Assembly: GCF_000017845.1 (NCBI RefSeq)
Contig: NC_010546.1
Coordinates: forward strand, 2,580,001-2,612,000
Direction of reading: 5' to 3'
Length of the DNA stretch: 32,000 nucleotides
From: Crocosphaera subtropica ATCC 51142
Lineage (GTDB): Bacteria; Cyanobacteriota; Cyanobacteriia; Cyanobacteriales; Microcystaceae
Positions within the stretch are counted from its first letter, which is position 1. Each line of letters begins with the position of its first letter. Made by a program: the position numbers and the translations under genes. Positions 28,201-32,000 of the stretch are shown one piece after another. The notes beneath the pieces were generated by a model. It saw nothing but the letters and a program-made list of their open reading frames with translations. It did no database searches and had not been told where the DNA came from.

Positions 28201-28602
28201 GTTAGTTCTCACCCCTGCTTGGTTTACTACTGACGGTAAAGTGGATTGAGCTTGAGAGACTCGGTTTTGAACCAGTACCTGGGCGGTATTGCGATCCATT
28301 TCCGTGGGAAAGGTGACGTTAATGGAAACATTTCCGGTATTATCGGTAAAGGAGTCGATCCACCTCACCTGTTCGGTTCCGTTAATTTCCCGTTCTAAGA
28401 CGGTAGTAACGTTGTCTTCTGTGGTTTTAGCATCGGCCCCGATATAGTTAGCCGTTACTGCCACTTTTTTTGGTGCGATCTCTGGTAACTTATCCAAAGG
28501 CAACACCGCCATAGAGATAGTCCCCAAAAGGATAATAACAATGGTACAAACGGTACTTAATACAGGTCTTTTAATAAAAGCATTTGATAGGGACAGTAAC
28601 AT
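25288..28602 (-). CDS. RND-superfamily efflux transporter, AcrB/AcrD/AcrF (HAE1-like) inner-membrane subunit
   Basis: 1104-aa ORF with the typical N-terminus FIKRPVLSTVCTIVIILLGTISMAVLPLDKLPEIAP. It has two large periplasmic loops and 12 TM segments, and conserved TM4 acidic residues (VVDDGIVIVE). The C-terminal tail is unusually Gly/Pro/Asn-rich (GGDDGTPPGDGGNGHGNGNQPSP...). Confidence 0.93.
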   Translation of the reverse strand: MLLSLSNAFIKRPVLSTVCTIVIILLGTISMAVLPLDKLPEIAPKKVAVTANYIGADAKTTEDNVTTVLEREINGTEQVRWIDSFTDNTGNVSINVTFPTEMDRNTAQVLVQNRVSQAQSTLPSVVNQAGVRTNTQSPSLTLVYGFYAENGPDGQPLYDKTFIYNYVDRYVWNEMKGLPGVGSVGLFGGANYAMRIWLDPDKLAARGLTALDVVGVINEQNFDVGVGRIGQQPAPPEQQFELPLRVQGRFQTVAEAEDMVVKVGNDGTLIRIGDVGYAELGMENYDTVVNVDGFTGVAFLIYQLPGSNALETADAAKAKMAELEPNFPPGLKVVIGLDNTLFVNASLNDLSITLLQAIALVVLVIFVFLQDWRTTIIPGIAIPVALVGAMIGLNAFGFTLNQLSLFACVLATGLVVDDGIVIVEAVSSKLAQGMRPTQAAMDAMDELFGATISTSVVLMAVFIPVCFFPGTTGIVYRQFALTIIFAVLFSTFNALTFSPTMSAILLGPPEEKHGPLAVFFRWFNQGFDVIREAYRGFINFLTRIRIIIMALFIGGLVATGWIYTTMPSGFIPAEDQGYFFALVDAPPGVSLNYTQAIDRQVTDIIQNMDNAEQTLDHVINLTGFSFEGRNANKSLTFVKLKPWEERPGPKKSAFGIIQNLNRQFAQNISGARVFATNAPPVDGLSNFDGSEIFIQDRQLKGMDALIDNVQRVITAANQRPEIGQTFTTFTFNSPLMSLSIDREKAKAQNVDIDSILRTLQTYIGSNFVNQFVFEGRLYRVYAQATAQDRSNPQDIGRLYVRSREGAMVQLSNLVSTETTTYPPILTRYKTFPAIKLIASPAQGYSSGQVIQAMEAVAQETLQPGFGYSWTNTAAEEQSSAGAAPIVFGLAFVMVFLVLAAQYESYIDPTIILLTVPLAILGALGMIWLRVTFVQTAPFNPGNGIWPVLNNNMYAQVALVMLIGLAAKNAILIVEFANQSRDLGMSITQAAISASEQRLRPILMTAVSSLVGFAPLLAASSVGAVSRWSLGTAIFGGLALATVLSLVLVPILYIVIKNFEKYVLGGDDGTPPGDGGNGHGNGNQPSPTAPEEEQTPVYRISSQGE

Positions 28603-28791
28603 GATCCTAGATTAGTTAAGGACGGGGAGATGGGGAAGTTTGTTATGATTTGAGATGTAATCCCGATCAGTTTAACAAAGATAGTGTTAATTGATAACTA
28701 AATTAAACAATTTGTTTCATTGAGATTTGTTTATACTTTTCTTGACTTTTATATTTGTTTGATCATCGTTTATCTTTAGCTCAATATAATC

Positions 28792-29442
28792 ATGAAAGTT
28801 CCTTGGAAAATCTATTCTTCAGCTACTGGCTATAATAAACTCTTTATTAACCTTATTTTACTGTTTATTTTGGCTCCTTTTGCTGCGTTTAATAGTTACA
28901 TCAATTTTTTAGTTAGTTGTTTCTTTTTACTGACTTTACTCTTAGGATTAAATACCCTGAATTTACCGAAAAATATTCTTTTTTCCTTACGGGTTTTTGC
29001 TGCTTTAGGATTTATTGCTGATGTTATTGTTTTGAAATCAATTCATTTCACTGAAATCAGTGCTTTGGTTTCTTACTTTTGCTATGGCATTTTTATGATC
29101 ATGTTTATTATCGCTATTGGTTTTAGAATTTCTCAAGAAGAGAAGGTTAATAAACAGGTAATTAGAGGGGGGATTTGTTTATATTTACTTTTAGGTCTTT
29201 TATGGTTTTTCTTCTATCAAATTACTGTTTTTTTTGATCCGAATGCTTTTTCTATACCAGAAGGCTTAGATACACCTTCTCTATTTTATTTTAGTTTTAC
29301 TACCTTAACCACTTTGGGTTATGGGGATATTACCCCTAATAATGCCTTTGCCATGACTTTAAGTAATGGGGAAGCTTTAGTAGGACAAATTTATCCGGCC
29401 GTGGTTATTGCTAAATTAGTTAGTCTTTATACTGATGAATAA
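28792..29442 (+). CDS. Potassium channel family protein (Ion_trans_2-type pore with N-terminal extra TM helices)
   Basis: 216-aa ORF with about 6 hydrophobic segments. The K+ selectivity filter is FSFTTLTTLGYGDITP. There is no S4-like charged helix and no RCK/TrkA domain. Confidence 0.8.
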   Translation: MKVPWKIYSSATGYNKLFINLILLFILAPFAAFNSYINFLVSCFFLLTLLLGLNTLNLPKNILFSLRVFAALGFIADVIVLKSIHFTEISALVSYFCYGIFMIMFIIAIGFRISQEEKVNKQVIRGGICLYLLLGLLWFFFYQITVFFDPNAFSIPEGLDTPSLFYFSFTTLTTLGYGDITPNNAFAMTLSNGEALVGQIYPAVVIAKLVSLYTDE

Positions 29443-29459
29443 ATTATCTAGATAGAAAA

Positions 29460-30554
29460 ATGTCTAAATTAAGTCTCGGAACTCGTTTATTTTTATCCCA
29501 TTTATTGGTTATGTTTGTGGGATTAGGAAGTTTTATTTGTATCGCTAAATTTTCTTCTCCTAGAATGTTTATTGTTCGCTTAGAAAAACTTGAAAAACAA
29601 GGATTTTTTACCGTTCGTTCGGCAAGAACTTATTTAGTCAAAGGCTTTGAAACAGCGTGGAATAATAGTGCATTTTGGTCAGTAATTTTCGGCGTTAGTG
29701 CTGCTGGAGGGGTTAGTTATTTTGTTTCTCGTCGCACGATGAAACCCCTCAATCAAATGAAAGAAATTACCCAAAAATTAGCCCAAGGTCATTTAGAAGA
29801 AAGAATGCCAGAAAGTGATATTCCAGAATGGGATCAATTAGGAAATAGTTTTAATCTTATGGCTAATAGTTTAGAAGGAGTCGAAAAAAGAAGACGAGAA
29901 TTAATTAGTGATATGACCCATGAATTAAGAACTCCTTTAACTGTTATGAGGGGTTATTTAGAAGAATTAGCCAATGGTTCCATTGAAGGAAATCCTGATC
30001 TTTATTTAAACTTAGTAAAAGAAACGAGAAGACTAGAAAGATTGATTCATGATATGCAAGAACTTTCTAAAGCAGAAGCGGGTTATCTTTCTATTACTTT
30101 ACATCCTATCAATATTATTCCTTTATTAACCTCTTTGGTGGAAAGATTTAGCGATCAAATAATGGATGATGGCCCTATGATTCAATTAGATTATCCCCAA
30201 GAATTACCTCCAGTTTTAGCAGATAGCGATCGCACTGAACAAATATTAGTTAATTTAATTGGTAATGCTATTCGTTATACCGAAACGGGAACCATTACCA
30301 TTAAAGCTTGGTCAACAAAAAAACAAGTTTGGATTGAAATTATTGACACAGGAATCGGCATTAAACCCGAAGATTTACCATACATATTTGAAAGGTTTTG
30401 GCGTGCAGATAAGTCCCGTTCACGGTATTCTGGAGGCACAGGTATCGGCCTCGCAATCACCCGTCGTCTAGTAGAATTACAAGGGGGGAAAATTGAAGTA
30501 GAAAGTGAAATAGGAAAAGGAAGTACCTTCCGCTTTTCTCTCTCTATTGCTTAA
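29460..30554 (+). CDS. Membrane sensor histidine kinase (2 TM, HAMP, HisKA, HATPase_c)
   Basis: The H-box is SDMTHELRTPLT, the N-box LVNLIGNAIRYT, G1 IDTGIGI and G2 GGTGIGLAI. A HAMP-like linker follows the second TM. The gene starts 17 nt after the channel gene stop. No response regulator gene is in the window. Confidence 0.9.
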   Translation: MSKLSLGTRLFLSHLLVMFVGLGSFICIAKFSSPRMFIVRLEKLEKQGFFTVRSARTYLVKGFETAWNNSAFWSVIFGVSAAGGVSYFVSRRTMKPLNQMKEITQKLAQGHLEERMPESDIPEWDQLGNSFNLMANSLEGVEKRRRELISDMTHELRTPLTVMRGYLEELANGSIEGNPDLYLNLVKETRRLERLIHDMQELSKAEAGYLSITLHPINIIPLLTSLVERFSDQIMDDGPMIQLDYPQELPPVLADSDRTEQILVNLIGNAIRYTETGTITIKAWSTKKQVWIEIIDTGIGIKPEDLPYIFERFWRADKSRSRYSGGTGIGLAITRRLVELQGGKIEVESEIGKGSTFRFSLSIA

Positions 30555-30577
30555 TCTTTATTATTAATAACTAAATT

Positions 30578-31303
30578 ATGAATATCATATGGAAAAGCCC
30601 TTCTAAGCACTTAACGATTAACCCGCAAGAAGTTCATATATGGAAAACAAACTTAGAACAATTATCTATTGATTTTCAAAATAGTTTCAACCTTTTAAAT
30701 GAAGAGGAAAAAATTAAAGCCCAAAGATTTCACTTTGAGAAACATCAAAAAAGGTTTACCTTAGCGAGAAGTAGTTTAAAAAAAATTTTAAGTTTTTATT
30801 TATCAATTTCTCCTCAAGACATTAAGTTTCAATATAGTGATTATGGCAAACCTAAAATAATAGATAAAATCAATTTAATTAATTTACAATTTAATGTATC
30901 TCATTCAGAAGATATAGCCATTTATGGGGTAACTTGTGATTATTTCATTGGGGTTGATGTAGAATATATACGTCCGATGCCAGAAGCAGAAAATCTAGCT
31001 AAGCGTTTTTTTTCTCAGAAAGAATATCAACAAATTAGGGGATTATCATCTGAAGAAAAAAATAGAGAATTTTTTAAACTTTGGACGGGTAAAGAAGCTT
31101 ACCTGAAAGCCATCGGAAAAGGTATTGGTGGAGGATTAGAAAAAGTAGAAATATCAACCCATAAACCCATAAAATTTATCAATTTACCTGAGTGCAATAA
31201 CATCAACTATAATCTATTATATTTAACACCCCACGATAATTATTTAGCTGCAATAGCTGTTGAAGAAAATGAACAAACCTATCATTATTGGCAACTTAAC
31301 TGA
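30578..31303 (+). CDS. 4'-phosphopantetheinyl transferase, Sfp/HetI type
   Basis: The pattern is EVHIW...LNEEEKIKAQRFHFEKHQKRFTLARSSLKKIL...YGKPK. The signature motifs are GVDVEYIRP (GxDxE) and FKLWTGKEAYLKAIGKG (WxxKEAxxK). Confidence 0.85.
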   Translation: MNIIWKSPSKHLTINPQEVHIWKTNLEQLSIDFQNSFNLLNEEEKIKAQRFHFEKHQKRFTLARSSLKKILSFYLSISPQDIKFQYSDYGKPKIIDKINLINLQFNVSHSEDIAIYGVTCDYFIGVDVEYIRPMPEAENLAKRFFSQKEYQQIRGLSSEEKNREFFKLWTGKEAYLKAIGKGIGGGLEKVEISTHKPIKFINLPECNNINYNLLYLTPHDNYLAAIAVEENEQTYHYWQLN

Positions 31304-31366
31304 ATAGCTTCACTTTTTGACCCCAACCTTGTAGAATCAGAAATAACTTCTCATCCCAGAAAAATA

Positions 31367-32000
31367 ATGACAAAAATCTTGTTAACTGGTAGTGATGGAC
31401 AAGTCGGTCAAGACTTACAGCAAACCTTAGTACCCATTGGAGAAGTTGTTGCTACCAACCGTCAGCAACTTGACTTAACATCTCCTAATAATATTCGTCA
31501 AGTTATCCAAGAAATTCAACCTGATATTATTGTTAATTCCGCCGCTTATACCGCCGTAGACAAAGCAGAAAGTGAATCAGATTTAGCTTTTGCCATTAAC
31601 GCTATTGCGCCAGCAATTATGGCAGAAGAAGCGAAGAAAATAGGTGCATTTTTATTGCACATTTCTACAGATTATGTCTTTGATGGAACCCAAAATACTC
31701 CTTATTTAGAAACAGATAAAACTCATCCTTTAGGGGTTTATGGACAAAGCAAACTCGCAGGAGAACAAGGGATTGAAAAAAACGGCGATCGCTATGTTAT
31801 TTTAAGAACAGCTTGGGTGTATGGCACTGAAGGTAAAGGAAATTTTGTCAAAACGATGTTACGTTTAGGTCAAGAAAAAGAGCAACTTGGAATTGTCAGT
31901 GATCAAGTTGGTACTCCTACCTGGTCTTATGATATTGCTAACACCATATCCCAAATGCTGACTCAGCTTAATTTAGCAGAAACAAGAGAAATTTACCATT
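31367..32000 (+). CDS. rfbD: dTDP-4-dehydrorhamnose reductase (5' part; continues beyond the window)
   Basis: Not in the ORF track because it is open at the edge. Translation from ATG 31367 gives MTKILLTGSDGQVGQDLQ...NSAAYTAVDKAESE...HISTDYVFDG...PLGVYGQSKLAGE...ILRTAWVYG. This shows the Rossmann GxxGxxG, the YxxxK catalytic motif and the STDYVFDG signature of RmlD/RfbD. Confidence 0.9.
   Translation, partial: MTKILLTGSDGQVGQDLQQTLVPIGEVVATNRQQLDLTSPNNIRQVIQEIQPDIIVNSAAYTAVDKAESESDLAFAINAIAPAIMAEEAKKIGAFLLHISTDYVFDGTQNTPYLETDKTHPLGVYGQSKLAGEQGIEKNGDRYVILRTAWVYGTEGKGNFVKTMLRLGQEKEQLGIVSDQVGTPTWSYDIANTISQMLTQLNLAETREIYH

Noticed and set aside
25288-28602. Idea that the RND pump is the secretion machinery for the neighbouring RTX giant
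   Set aside because: RTX proteins use ABC-type T1SS (ABC, MFP, TolC), whereas this is a proton-driven AcrB-type transporter of a different superfamily. The gene is on the opposite strand, separated from the giant gene by a MITE and another gene.

Overview
This is an AT-rich chromosomal segment that I infer to be cyanobacterial. The grounds are 11 exact copies of the HIP1 octamer GCGATCGC, an adjacent zwf-opcA pair, a PEP-CTERM sorting signal and a HetI/Sfp-type PPTase. I can support 22 protein-coding genes, and most are housekeeping or envelope functions. From left to right they are: a TerD-family gene fragment, a Gln-rich repeat protein, priA, a GNAT-domain protein, dnaX, a secreted clan GH-A hydrolase-like lipoprotein, a histidine phosphatase, a DUF4174-like protein, opcA, zwf, a GT-C membrane glycosyltransferase, an M48 peptidase, a KirBac-type K+ channel, an nrdG-like radical-SAM activase, a PEP-CTERM protein, a 1728-aa RTX/beta-helix/FG-GAP giant protein, a small Gly-zipper membrane protein, an RND (AcrB-type) pump, a second K+ channel, a sensor histidine kinase, a PPTase and the 5' part of rfbD. 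I see no rRNA, intact tRNA, CRISPR array, transposase, integrase or recognisable defence or toxin-antitoxin cassette. The only accessory-looking stretch is about 17.5-25.2 kb. It holds the orphan nrdG, a decayed tRNA-like 3' half, a 455-bp structured intergenic region, the PEP-CTERM gene, the giant RTX gene and a MITE-like repeat. I do not find a convincing new multi-gene system. The best leads are the giant triple-beta-helix RTX protein locus, the two-copy MITE-like element at convergent gene ends (one copy carries a nested GC-rich insert), the nrdG without nrdD, the K+ channel/orphan histidine kinase pair and the Gln-rich repeat gene upstream of terD. All functional calls come from reading motifs by eye; no database search was run.
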